From a virus (taxonomy: Duplodnaviria > Caudoviricetes), in the IMG/VR virus record IMGVR_UViG_3300046795_000078, positions 1 to 27,079 of that record: a stretch of DNA of 27,079 nt. The stretch is one strand, 5' to 3'. Positions 7,931 to 15,500 of this stretch are shown piece after piece. A model generated the notes under the pieces. The model had not been told where the DNA came from, did no database searches, and was given only the letters and a program-made list of their open reading frames with translations. Position 1 is the first letter of the stretch. Each line of letters begins with the position of its first letter. Made by a program: the position numbers and the translations under genes.

Positions 7931-9028
7931 TCAGAAGTCGAGCACGCGGGAGGCCGCGCGGTCCAGGTCGATCCGCTCGTCCGCGTAGGGGCTCATCTGC
8001 GACAGTCGCGTAAGGCCGTGCACGATTCCCCACGCGGTTCGCGGGTTTCTGTCGTGGCGCTCGGCCATGTCGTACGCGTCGCCGATCTGCTGCTTGGTGG
8101 CGATCTCGCGCTTGAAGAGGGCGTCGATTACTTCGGGCTTGCCGGGACCGAGCTGCCGGACGTGTGCGGCTTGGAGCTTGGCTGTCTCGTCGCGGGCGCT
8201 CAAGTTCGAGTAGTCGTTGAACACCTGCCCGATCCCGCGGTGCCATTCGCGGCGGATCTTGTCGCCGTAATGCCGCATGCTGAACGCCGCGATCGTGCGG
8301 CTGTTCCAGATGATGAAATTCCCGCAGATCCGCTCACACAGGCCGAGGGTCAAATCGAGCCTTTTGGCGCCTACCTCTGAGTTCACGAGCAGGATGAAGC
8401 GGGTCAGATGCTCTCCAGGTGCGGCCGGGTCTGCGATGCCTACGCCTTCGTTCTGCAGACAGATGTAGGCGTCACGGTCGCCGCTGAACCCGACGCAGGG
8501 CTCGCGGTCGCCGCCGAAGTCGCCGCGGCGGTACACCAGCGGGGCTTGCCACTCGGGGTTATTGCTCTGCAGTGCTTGGAGGCGGGCCACGACGTTCGAG
8601 GTGAGGATGCGCGAGTATCCCGGCGAGGTGAGGGCGCGCAGTTCCAGGTGCGCGGGCGTACCGTTCGCGGGACACTGCCGAAGGTAAAGCTGATGACTGG
8701 CGCGCGGCGCTACGCTCAAGCCGTGATTGAGGCAGGCGGCGGCAAGCGTCGAGGGCAGTTGCCGGAGATATGCGGCCGGTGATTTTGCGGCGCCGGCCAA
8801 CTGGTTCAGACTCCAATGGGTCAGATGAGCTACGTTGCCACTCTTCCCGACAACGCCTAAGTCGTTGTCGCCGTGTGAGATAACGCGGATCATGTCGCTG
8901 TCCGTGTCGAGCGTTCTGCACTGATCGGCTTCGGCTTTGAGGTGATCGAGCATCGCGTCGAGGGTGCTGAAGCGCTCGTCGTCCGGGCGTGTACTCCACT
9001 GTTGGTGCATCGTGTAGTTGTTCGCCAT
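7931..9028 (-). CDS. DUF932 family protein
   Basis: QWSTRPDDERFSTL, LTHWS..QL, NSEVG, ERICGN.IIW and T.WG.V.GLT motifs; SD ACAGGAG. Confidence 0.85.
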   Translation of the reverse strand: MANNYTMHQQWSTRPDDERFSTLDAMLDHLKAEADQCRTLDTDSDMIRVISHGDNDLGVVGKSGNVAHLTHWSLNQLAGAAKSPAAYLRQLPSTLAAACLNHGLSVAPRASHQLYLRQCPANGTPAHLELRALTSPGYSRILTSNVVARLQALQSNNPEWQAPLVYRRGDFGGDREPCVGFSGDRDAYICLQNEGVGIADPAAPGEHLTRFILLVNSEVGAKRLDLTLGLCERICGNFIIWNSRTIAAFSMRHYGDKIRREWHRGIGQVFNDYSNLSARDETAKLQAAHVRQLGPGKPEVIDALFKREIATKQQIGDAYDMAERHDRNPRTAWGIVHGLTRLSQMSPYADERIDLDRAASRVLDF

Positions 9029-9173
9029 AACTGCTGCTCCTGTCTGCCGGCGAGTCGTCCAGGTGTCGTCCAGGTCGGATGAGACTGCCGGCTGCCGGTC
9101 GGGATTGGCCGGGCGCTCAGATTACCGCCGGCAGTTGTCAGGTGTCGAGCGGAAAGTGTGAACTGAGAATGAA

Positions 9174-9200
9174 TCTCATTATTCTCTAGAGAATATGAGA
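9174..9200. promoter_or_regulatory. AT-rich near-perfect palindrome (candidate operator)
   Basis: TCTCATTATTCTCTAGAGAATATGAGA equals its reverse complement apart from one indel; it lies upstream of the leftward cluster. Confidence 0.55.
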
Positions 9201-9448
9201 AGGTGTCTCAATTTCTCTAGGAACAACGAACGGCGGGCGGGGCGGGGGTAGGTGCCGATCGCGGTCGACCGTCGAACCTGGGGCATCCTGGCCGGGAATT
9301 ACGTGAACCGTAAGAGTAGGTGTTACGGGGATTCGGCGCTCGTCTGTAATACTTTGTAACATCTGCTGAGTGTGCGATTGTGGTACGCGGTTCCGTGGCA
9401 GCTCGGCGGCGAAGTGGTCTGACCACTGGCCGCCGTTGTCCAGGTGCT

Positions 9449-9511
9449 TCGATGCCGGCGCTCGATGCCGGCGTGTCGAGGGTTCGAGGCGGCGTGTCGA
9501 GGGTTCGAGGC
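9449..9511. repeat. nested tandem repeats
   Basis: TCGATGCCGGCG twice, followed by GGCGTGTCGAGGGTTCGAGGC twice (9470-9490, 9491-9511). Confidence 0.85.
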
Positions 9512-9821
9512 GCCTGGGCGCTCAATGCCGGCGTCCAGGTGCCGCGGCGACCAGGTGAACGAACCAACGACCGAACCCGCGGCGCGGTCCCCTGGGGCTC
9601 GATGCCCGGCGCCGCGGTCGTGGCCGCCGTCGCGTTCGATGTTCCAGGTTGAATGTCCGTCAGAATAGCCCGGCACCCCCGGCGGCGAGGCGCTGTATCC
9701 CGATAACTTTTTTCAAAAAATTTTGGGTGGTCGGATGGTTGTGGATACGGTAGAGTAGAGGCGAACCGAGCGCATGTCAGTGCACTCGGCCCGCACGAGA
9801 CACCGAAAGGAAAGGCTTTCG

Positions 9822-10388
9822 ATGCCTGCCGTAGTATGCGCTCGCTGCCGAGCTGAATTCAAAATCAAACCGAGTGCAGTCGTCGGTGCTCGATACTGTT
9901 CATGGGCGTGTCGTTACCCGGCCGACGCGTCCGTATTCTGGGGGCTGGTAGACAGAGAGAGCGGGCACCGGGTCTCCTACGTAGTTGGCGAATGTTGGCT
10001 CTGGAAGGGGAACCGGGGCGTTCGTGGCTACGGACGATTTTCGCGAAGGCACCGAAACTATCTCGCACATCGCATCGCGTGGGAGCTGATTCACGGCCCC
10101 GTTCCAGTTGGCCTCTTGGTCTGCCACCACTGCGATGTGCCGCATTGCGTTCGACCGACCCATCTCTTCCTTGGAACAGGCAAAGACAATCAACAGGACG
10201 CCGCAAGGAAAGGTCGAATGAGAGGCGAGCGGCATTCCAGGGCGCAACTGACGAATGGACAGGTTGAGGCACTACGGTTGGCGTGGGCACAAGGTCGGAA
10301 CACCGTACAGCTTGCGAAGCAGTTCAGCATCTCGCCGCAGAATGCCTATGCGATTGTTCATAGGAAAAGTTGGCGACATCTGCCATAA
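9822..10388 (+). CDS. HNH (HNH_3-type) homing-like endonuclease
   Basis: CWLWKG, GYG.F, AHRIAW, VCHHCD...CVRP.HLFLGT..DN..D; N-terminal CxxC..CSxxC; C-terminal HTH; SD AAAGG. Confidence 0.92.
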   Translation: MPAVVCARCRAEFKIKPSAVVGARYCSWACRYPADASVFWGLVDRESGHRVSYVVGECWLWKGNRGVRGYGRFSRRHRNYLAHRIAWELIHGPVPVGLLVCHHCDVPHCVRPTHLFLGTGKDNQQDAARKGRMRGERHSRAQLTNGQVEALRLAWAQGRNTVQLAKQFSISPQNAYAIVHRKSWRHLP

Positions 10389-10402
10389 GATGAGCGACTG
10401 AC

Positions 10403-10528
10403 ATGGGCAGCTTCTGGGCCGCCATCGCGAAGTACGCCGTGAAGCTGGCCTTGTATGCGGCAGACCACCCCGATACCGTCATCTCACTGGTGAACACGCT
10501 CAAGCAGCCGAAGGGAGCACCAAAGTGA
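10403..10528 (+). CDS. 41-aa amphipathic micro-protein
   Basis: Manual translation MGSFWAAIAKYAVKLALYAADHPDTVISLVNTLKQPKGAPK. Confidence 0.6.
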   Translation: MGSFWAAIAKYAVKLALYAADHPDTVISLVNTLKQPKGAPK

Positions 10529-10644
10529 CGCCCGGCTGGCCCTGGTGGCTGGAGTACTACGGCGCCTTCTGGGCGGTCCTGGGGTTCGCGGTGGGCGTGC
10601 TGACCTGCGCGTTGAGGGTGCGGACGCCGGTCCGGAGGTCATGA
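10525..10644 (+). CDS. 39-aa single-TM micro-protein
   Basis: GTGA coupling, SD GGGAG; contains WWLEYYGAFWAVLGFAVGVLTCAL. Confidence 0.55.
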   Translation: MTPGWPWWLEYYGAFWAVLGFAVGVLTCALRVRTPVRRS

Positions 10645-10863
10645 GTGGTGGCGGCCGACGACGAAGTCGCACGCGAGCCGCTGCATACGCTGCGGAACGA
10701 GCTGCACGTCGTGAGCGGACGCTACCAGCTGCTGCAGCGGCGGCAGGAACGGCTGCTGGCGGCGCTCGACGCGCTGGTGACGAAGTGGGACCAGGAAAGC
10801 GCGGCGGGCCGGGTCTATGCGGCCCGCCTCGCGGCGGAACTCGCCACGCACCGCGCGCCATGA
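10645..10863 (+). CDS. small coiled-coil hypothetical protein
   Basis: 72-aa ORF with SD GGAGG. Confidence 0.55.
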   Translation: MVAADDEVAREPLHTLRNELHVVSGRYQLLQRRQERLLAALDALVTKWDQESAAGRVYAARLAAELATHRAP

Positions 10864-10904
10864 GCCTGCGGTGTGGGAGAGGCCGCGGGTCGGAGAGGCC
10901 GCAG

Positions 10905-11078
10905 ATGGCAACGGACTACAAGGTCGGCCAGATTCTCGCCATGCTGCAGCGCCTGACGCTGCGCGAGGACCAGGCGGATAAATTGATCCAGGTGATCATC
11001 GAGCGGCTGGAGGATCCGAAGCCCAAGAAGATACCGCCATGTCGGCCGGCCGACCAGTCGGCGGACACGCCACGCTGA
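10905..11078 (+). CDS. hypothetical protein
   Basis: Starts MATDYKVGQIL; SD GAGAGG. Confidence 0.55.
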   Translation: MATDYKVGQILAMLQRLTLREDQADKLIQVIIERLEDPKPKKIPPCRPADQSADTPR

Positions 11079-11083
11079 CTGCC

Positions 11084-11230
11084 ATGATCCTGAACCCCTT
11101 TCGGCTCGCCGACCGCCTCTCGCCGGACGACCGGGAAGCCGCCCTCGCGGTGTGTCACGTCCTCGAAGCCGTGATTATCGGCATCCTCGCCGGCATCACC
11201 ATCGCGGACTGGACACGGACGTGCCTATGA
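11084..11230 (+). CDS. small membrane protein
   Basis: Hydrophobic segment VLEAVIIGILAGITIA. Confidence 0.5.
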   Translation: MILNPFRLADRLSPDDREAALAVCHVLEAVIIGILAGITIADWTRTCL

Positions 11231-11406
11231 CGAACCAGAAGCTCTGGAATGTCGTCCACGTCTTCTCGAAGAGCAGCTTCGAGGACATGGCGGTGGAGCT
11301 GCGGCTGAAGTTGAACGCGCTCGCGGCGGACGGCTGGGAGATCCACACGGTCATCTCCGAAGCGCCGGGGCATATGTTCGTCGTCGCCTGGAGCCGGGCC
11401 GCATGA
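11227..11406 (+). CDS. DUF4177-like small protein
   Basis: LNALAADGWEI motif; ATGA coupling. Confidence 0.55.
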   Translation: MTNQKLWNVVHVFSKSSFEDMAVELRLKLNALAADGWEIHTVISEAPGHMFVVAWSRAA

Positions 11407-11606
11407 CGCTCTACCCGCATACGAAGAAGGACGGCGACTCCTCTCGTCTGTGCTGCAACTCCTGCGGGCGATCAGTCTCGACGCCGTTCTACCCGGTCAA
11501 GACCGACACACCCGACGGCGGACTGATCGTACGCGCGTTCATCCAGTGTCCGGAGTGCATGGACCAGCGCATGGAGCAGGCCGCGGACCGATCGCAGCAG
11601 CCATGA
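11403..11606 (+). CDS. small zinc-ribbon protein
   Basis: CNSC...CPEC; coupled on both sides. Confidence 0.6.
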   Translation: MTLYPHTKKDGDSSRLCCNSCGRSVSTPFYPVKTDTPDGGLIVRAFIQCPECMDQRMEQAADRSQQP

Positions 11607-11689
11607 GCAACTGGCAACTCGTCGCGCTCATCGTCGCCTGCGTCGTCCTGTTCGCCTATGGCTTGTGGGCGGTTGGACGAAAGCCATGA
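11603..11689 (+). CDS. 28-aa single-TM micro-protein
   Basis: MSNWQLVALIVACVVLFAYGLWAVGRKP; ATGA overlaps at both ends. Confidence 0.55.
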   Translation: MSNWQLVALIVACVVLFAYGLWAVGRKP

Positions 11690-11937
11690 GCCCCTTCGGC
11701 CACCGCCACCAGCGCACGGTCACCGCCTCGATCGAGACCGTCATGCTCGAATCGACCAACCACTACGGCGAGACAATGGAGGTGCCCAGCGTCCAGGCGA
11801 CCTGCAGCCAGTGTGATCACCAGACCGAGTCCTACGGGACCGGCGGTGACTCGCGCAGACGGTGTCTCGCGCTGCTCAGAGACGAATGTCCGATGGGCGA
11901 GCGGAACTGGTATGAGGACGAGGACGGGGACGATTGA
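11686..11937 (+). CDS. small Cys-containing hypothetical protein
   Basis: TCSQCDH..SYG...S.RRCL..L..ECP. Confidence 0.6.
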   Translation: MSPFGHRHQRTVTASIETVMLESTNHYGETMEVPSVQATCSQCDHQTESYGTGGDSRRRCLALLRDECPMGERNWYEDEDGDD

Positions 11938-12282
11938 ATGAGGGAAACCTTTACCGACGTGGATCTGGTCGCCGCCGATGCCGCCACAGAGAGTCTGACG
12001 GAAACTCCGGAGAGTCTGACGGAAACTCCTGCGCCAACCACCGAGGTCGTCGGCGATCCGAAGGAGCCGGTCCGCCTCTCGCGCCGCCTGCACGACGCGA
12101 TTCTTGCCTACCGCGCCACGACCGGCAGCCGCTACTACGCGATTGCCAGCAAGGCCGGCGTCAACCGCTCGCTGTTCAGCAGCCTGCTGCACGGCAAGGT
12201 GGTCGGCAAAGGCGACCTGCGGCTGGCGAAGATCGGGAAGTTCCTGGGGCTGCCGCCCGAAGAGTGGGAGGAGCCGGCATGA
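11938..12282 (+). CDS. Cro/XRE-like HTH protein
   Basis: YAIASKAGVNRSLFSSLLHG..L.KIGKFLGL; the N-terminus has a 21-bp tandem repeat (ESLTETP twice). Confidence 0.7.
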   Translation: MRETFTDVDLVAADAATESLTETPESLTETPAPTTEVVGDPKEPVRLSRRLHDAILAYRATTGSRYYAIASKAGVNRSLFSSLLHGKVVGKGDLRLAKIGKFLGLPPEEWEEPA

Positions 12283-12374
12283 CCGAGCTGTGGGAATTCT
12301 TCAAGCCGCTGCTGATGGTCTTCGGCTTCCTGTTGTTCATCGTCGCCTTCAACTGGCTGCTCAACCGGCTGTGA
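12279..12374 (+). CDS. 31-aa single-TM micro-protein
   Basis: MTELWEFFKPLLMVFGFLLFIVAFNWLLNRL; SD GGAGGAG. Confidence 0.6.
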   Translation: MTELWEFFKPLLMVFGFLLFIVAFNWLLNRL

Positions 12375-12390
12375 CGGCCAACTGCCAAAC

Positions 12391-12412
12391 AGCCGCCACA
12401 TAGCCGCCACAT
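12391..12412. repeat. 11-bp tandem direct repeat (candidate binding site)
   Basis: AGCCGCCACAT twice, preceded by a degenerate copy, in intergenic DNA. Confidence 0.6.
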
Positions 12413-12574
12413 AATATTCTGGCAGTGTCCGAATCACCCGAAGATCGCCCCGTTTGACACGGATCTGACCCCCTGGCGTTAGTTAACGACACGATTTCGG
12501 GACTTACGGTGAATTTTCGCTGGTGCGCGGTGGACGGCCTCAGCGCACCGGTACGCCCCCCGGTATAATCGGCC

Positions 12575-12883
12575 CAGGCGGAACGTAGCCGGACCCCGGT
12601 AGGAAACCCATCCGGGAGAAGGCGGGCCAGCACAGGCCGGCTAAGACTGGCTCCAATGCGCGTTCCGCCTGTGTCCCATTCTGGGACACCACGCCTGTCC
12701 TTCCTGATCTTTACAGGATCCCTATAGCCCGCCTCAGCCACAGCCGATACCTCTTCTGGCGGCCGTTTCGTGGGTTGTCTGTGCAGGCAGGTGGCTGGGG
12801 CCGGGACGGTTCGCTCTTCCTTCATTCAATCAGGTGCTCGGCTCGGCTGCCGTCCGGATGTGACGGGGCTGGCTGCGCGCCTG
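12575..12883 (+). ncRNA. candidate structured RNA / long structured leader
   Basis: TATAAT at 12564, followed by four consecutive base-paired domains (see findings). No convincing CDS. Family not recognised. Confidence 0.5.
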
Positions 12884-12907
12884 TGTCAGCGGTTCACGGT
12901 GAAATCT

Positions 12908-13063
12908 ATGCCTCCTGGATCAGCGCTGCTCGTCGTCCTCATGCTCGGTGTCGGATACAGCGTCTACGAAGGCGCGGTGAAGCCGGCTGCCGTGAAGGTC
13001 GCGCATGTCACGAAGGTGACAGGCAAGACCGTCCTGCACCTCGTCACGTTCGGCCACCGCTGA
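12908..13063 (+). CDS. small membrane-anchored protein
   Basis: Hydrophobic N-terminus ALLVVLMLGVGYSVY; TGATG coupling to the next gene. Confidence 0.5.
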   Translation: MPPGSALLVVLMLGVGYSVYEGAVKPAAVKVAHVTKVTGKTVLHLVTFGHR

Positions 13064-13575
13064 TGGTCGAGATGCACGGGCTGCACGCCGGCGACACCCT
13101 GCTCTACAAGGCCACGGGCCTCTATGGTCGTGCGATCTCCCTGCACTCGGGGTCTGTGGTCGGCCACGTCGAGGTCTACGTCGGCGGGGGCTGCTCGGTC
13201 GCCAGCCGCGATCGGCAGGGGGTCGACCGGTATCCGTTTCGAGCCGCCGACCTCATCGACGTGCTCCGGCCGACCACGCCATTCGATCTCGACGCCGCGA
13301 TGACGTGGTTCGATCGATCGGCGAAGGGGCTCAAGTACGGCTGGGGCGACCTGCTCGCGTTCGTCCGCGCCGATGACACCTGGGACCGGCCGGGCATGGT
13401 GTGCAGCCCGTTCGCGACGGCCTTTCTGCGCGCGGGGAAGATCCCGGTGTTTGCCGGCGTGCCGGTGAATAAAATCATGCCGCGTGACTTCCGGCTGGTC
13501 CCCGAATTGCTCGCGGATGTCACGGCGCAGGTCTCGACCACGGTCGCGGACGACTCCGTGGCTCCCGCAGCCTGA
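13063..13575 (+). CDS. permuted papain-like NlpC/P60 (YiiX/YebB-like) amidase/peptidase
   Basis: GD.LLY, an N-terminal catalytic His in GHVEVYVG, G.KY.W, and a C-terminal Cys in VCSPF...P.D. Confidence 0.8.
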   Translation: MVEMHGLHAGDTLLYKATGLYGRAISLHSGSVVGHVEVYVGGGCSVASRDRQGVDRYPFRAADLIDVLRPTTPFDLDAAMTWFDRSAKGLKYGWGDLLAFVRADDTWDRPGMVCSPFATAFLRAGKIPVFAGVPVNKIMPRDFRLVPELLADVTAQVSTTVADDSVAPAA

Positions 13576-13578
13576 GCC

Positions 13579-13662
13579 GTGGATCCTGTGCCGCTCGCCG
13601 GTCTCCTCCTGATCGCACTCTCGGCCGTTCTGCATCTCGTCTTTGCCGGACGGTTCCGGTGA
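13579..13662 (+). CDS. 27-aa single-TM micro-protein
   Basis: MDPVPLAGLLLIALSAVLHLVFAGRFR (GTG start). Confidence 0.4.
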   Translation: MDPVPLAGLLLIALSAVLHLVFAGRFR

Positions 13663-13690
13663 TGCTCGGGTGATGCTCAGGTGATGCTTG
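13658..13690. repeat. 3 x 11-bp tandem repeat
   Basis: GGTGATGCTCG GGTGATGCTCA GGTGATGCTTG. Confidence 0.75.
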
Positions 13691-13786
13691 GTGGACCCAT
13701 CCGCCCGGACATCTGGCAGCACCTGCTCGACCTCGATGCGATCGTCCGCCGCACGCATCTCCCGGCACGGCGTGTAGACTCGGCGG

Positions 13787-14161
13787 GTGAAGATTCTGGA
13801 AACCGCCGCCCGGCGGACGATCCTCGGCGTCCTGCTGCTCCTCCTGAAAGAGCTCAAGCACCTCACCCGCGTCCTCGAAATCGGCGTCGATAGCTTCCGC
13901 CTCGCGCACGGCCAGCGCGCGCAGTTCACCGTCGCCGCGGACGAGTCGACCGAGCCGGCCGACCCGAACGCCGATCGCACGATTCCGCGCTACGAGAACG
14001 ACGAGCCTGAATTCCTCCGTCGCGACCTCCTCGAACACCTCGCCCGCGAACACCACATCGCCTTCGATGACTCCACAGACTTAGTACAGGTCGGGAAGGA
14101 GCTCGGATGGCTGACGTCCTCTGGGGAGTTTGCTCAGCTGCCCACGGGCTATGGTGAGTGA
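13787..14161 (+). CDS. hypothetical protein
   Basis: 124-aa ORF with GC3-rich codons; TAGACT lies 6 nt upstream. Confidence 0.65.
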   Translation: MKILETAARRTILGVLLLLLKELKHLTRVLEIGVDSFRLAHGQRAQFTVAADESTEPADPNADRTIPRYENDEPEFLRRDLLEHLAREHHIAFDDSTDLVQVGKELGWLTSSGEFAQLPTGYGE

Positions 14162-14176
14162 TCTACACTCCGCGTG

Positions 14177-14395
14177 ATGGCTGATCCTGCTCTGCACATC
14201 CTGCGCGGCCGCCACGGTACCACCCGTCCGCAGCGGACCCTTTGTGGTTTCACAGCCGCCGATGTCTCCGTCGTTGGCTGGTACGACCAAGCCACGTGCG
14301 TGGATTGTGTCCGCATCCGCGCATTGGAGAAGCAGGAAGCGCAGCGTCGGCAGCGTCGCACAGCGGCCGGCAAGCGAGCGGCTCGCCATGTCTGA
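14177..14395 (+). CDS. small Zn-binding hypothetical protein
   Basis: H..TLCG..ATCVDC. Confidence 0.55.
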   Translation: MADPALHILRGRHGTTRPQRTLCGFTAADVSVVGWYDQATCVDCVRIRALEKQEAQRRQRRTAAGKRAARHV

Positions 14396-15308
14396 CGAAC
14401 ACACGTCACAGCCGCCGCTCCCACCGCCCTGCCCTCGCCCCGATCGGGTGCTGCACGTCCCGCTGAAGCGCTTCCCGAAGGCACAGGCCGAGGCCGCCGG
14501 TGCCGCGGTCCTCGCCGCCGTCGCGGGCAACCCCCTGCTCTCCGGCTTCCGCAGCGAAAGCGAACATCCGTCCTACCACCATCGTGGCCTGCCCAGGCAG
14601 ATGCCGCCCTCGCGCGCGAACGCCGCCGCCGCGATCACGGGGGCCGAGGAAGCGCAGTTCGCCTCCTTCGAAGTCTCGCTCGGCGGGCGCCAGCAGCTCG
14701 CCGCGCTCCTCTCGGCGGCCGACGTGCCGGCGCGCGATCTCCAGCTCGCCGCGCTCCTGGTCGATCCGGCCAACGACGGCGCCAGCCTGGCGCAGCTCTG
14801 TGCGTTCTCGCGTGTGTCGCTGCGCCGTCTGCTCGATTTCGTCAAGGACGCGGCCCTCATTCGCGGCCAGGTGCACGCGCTGGTCGCCGTCGGCGAGCGG
14901 CTCCCCGAGGTGGCCGCCGGCCTCATGGAAGATGCCGTGCCCGCCGATCGGCCCTGCCCGACCTGCCGCGGGCTGCGTCAACTCCTCGACGATCCGACGC
15001 CGCAGACCCCCAACCCGGTGCCGCGCGTCTGCAAGACCTGCGACGGCACCGGGACGGTCCACTATCATCCCGAGACCGAGCTTCGCAAGGTCGCGCTGCA
15101 GCTCGGGAAGCTGCTCGACAAGCCGGGCTCGACCAACAACGTGTTCGTCGCGACGAAGTTCGGCGACGGCACCGCGCCCAGCTTCAACGCCTCGGTCATG
15201 GAGCTCGATCAGGTGCTCGACGGGAAGACGCGCGATCGATTCGGACGGCGGATCGTCGAGGGCGAGGCGCAGCCGTCTGCGGAGGCGCCGCCCGAGGAGC
15301 ACGCATGA
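14388..15308 (+). CDS. putative terminase small subunit-like protein with DnaJ-type Zn finger
   Basis: Lies just upstream of TerL; HTH-like segment SLAQLCAFSRVSLRRL; CPTCRG..CKTCDGTG. The call is mainly positional. Confidence 0.5.
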   Translation: MSDEHTSQPPLPPPCPRPDRVLHVPLKRFPKAQAEAAGAAVLAAVAGNPLLSGFRSESEHPSYHHRGLPRQMPPSRANAAAAITGAEEAQFASFEVSLGGRQQLAALLSAADVPARDLQLAALLVDPANDGASLAQLCAFSRVSLRRLLDFVKDAALIRGQVHALVAVGERLPEVAAGLMEDAVPADRPCPTCRGLRQLLDDPTPQTPNPVPRVCKTCDGTGTVHYHPETELRKVALQLGKLLDKPGSTNNVFVATKFGDGTAPSFNASVMELDQVLDGKTRDRFGRRIVEGEAQPSAEAPPEEHA

Positions 15309-15499
15309 CGTCGACACGGATGTCGTTCATCACCGGCAGCACCGACGACATTCACGTGCTGCCAAGCAACGAGCCGATTGACGAGTTCCTGAAACACGAC
15401 AAGGCGCGTACGTGCTGGTGTGAGCCAGACCTCAACGAGCAGCCCGATGGCGTGATGATGGTTCTGCACCATCCCGCTGACTCTGTCGAGGAGGAATAA
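15305..15499 (+). CDS. small His/Cys protein
   Basis: IHVLP..H...CWCEP...LHH, a common phage micro-protein pattern. Confidence 0.65.
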   Translation: MTSTRMSFITGSTDDIHVLPSNEPIDEFLKHDKARTCWCEPDLNEQPDGVMMVLHHPADSVEEE

Positions 15500-15500
15500 C

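Noticed and set aside
9440-9560. CRISPR array or tRNA (GGTTCGA)
   Set aside because: The repeats are adjacent with no unique spacers; there is no cloverleaf or acceptor stem; no cas operon is present.
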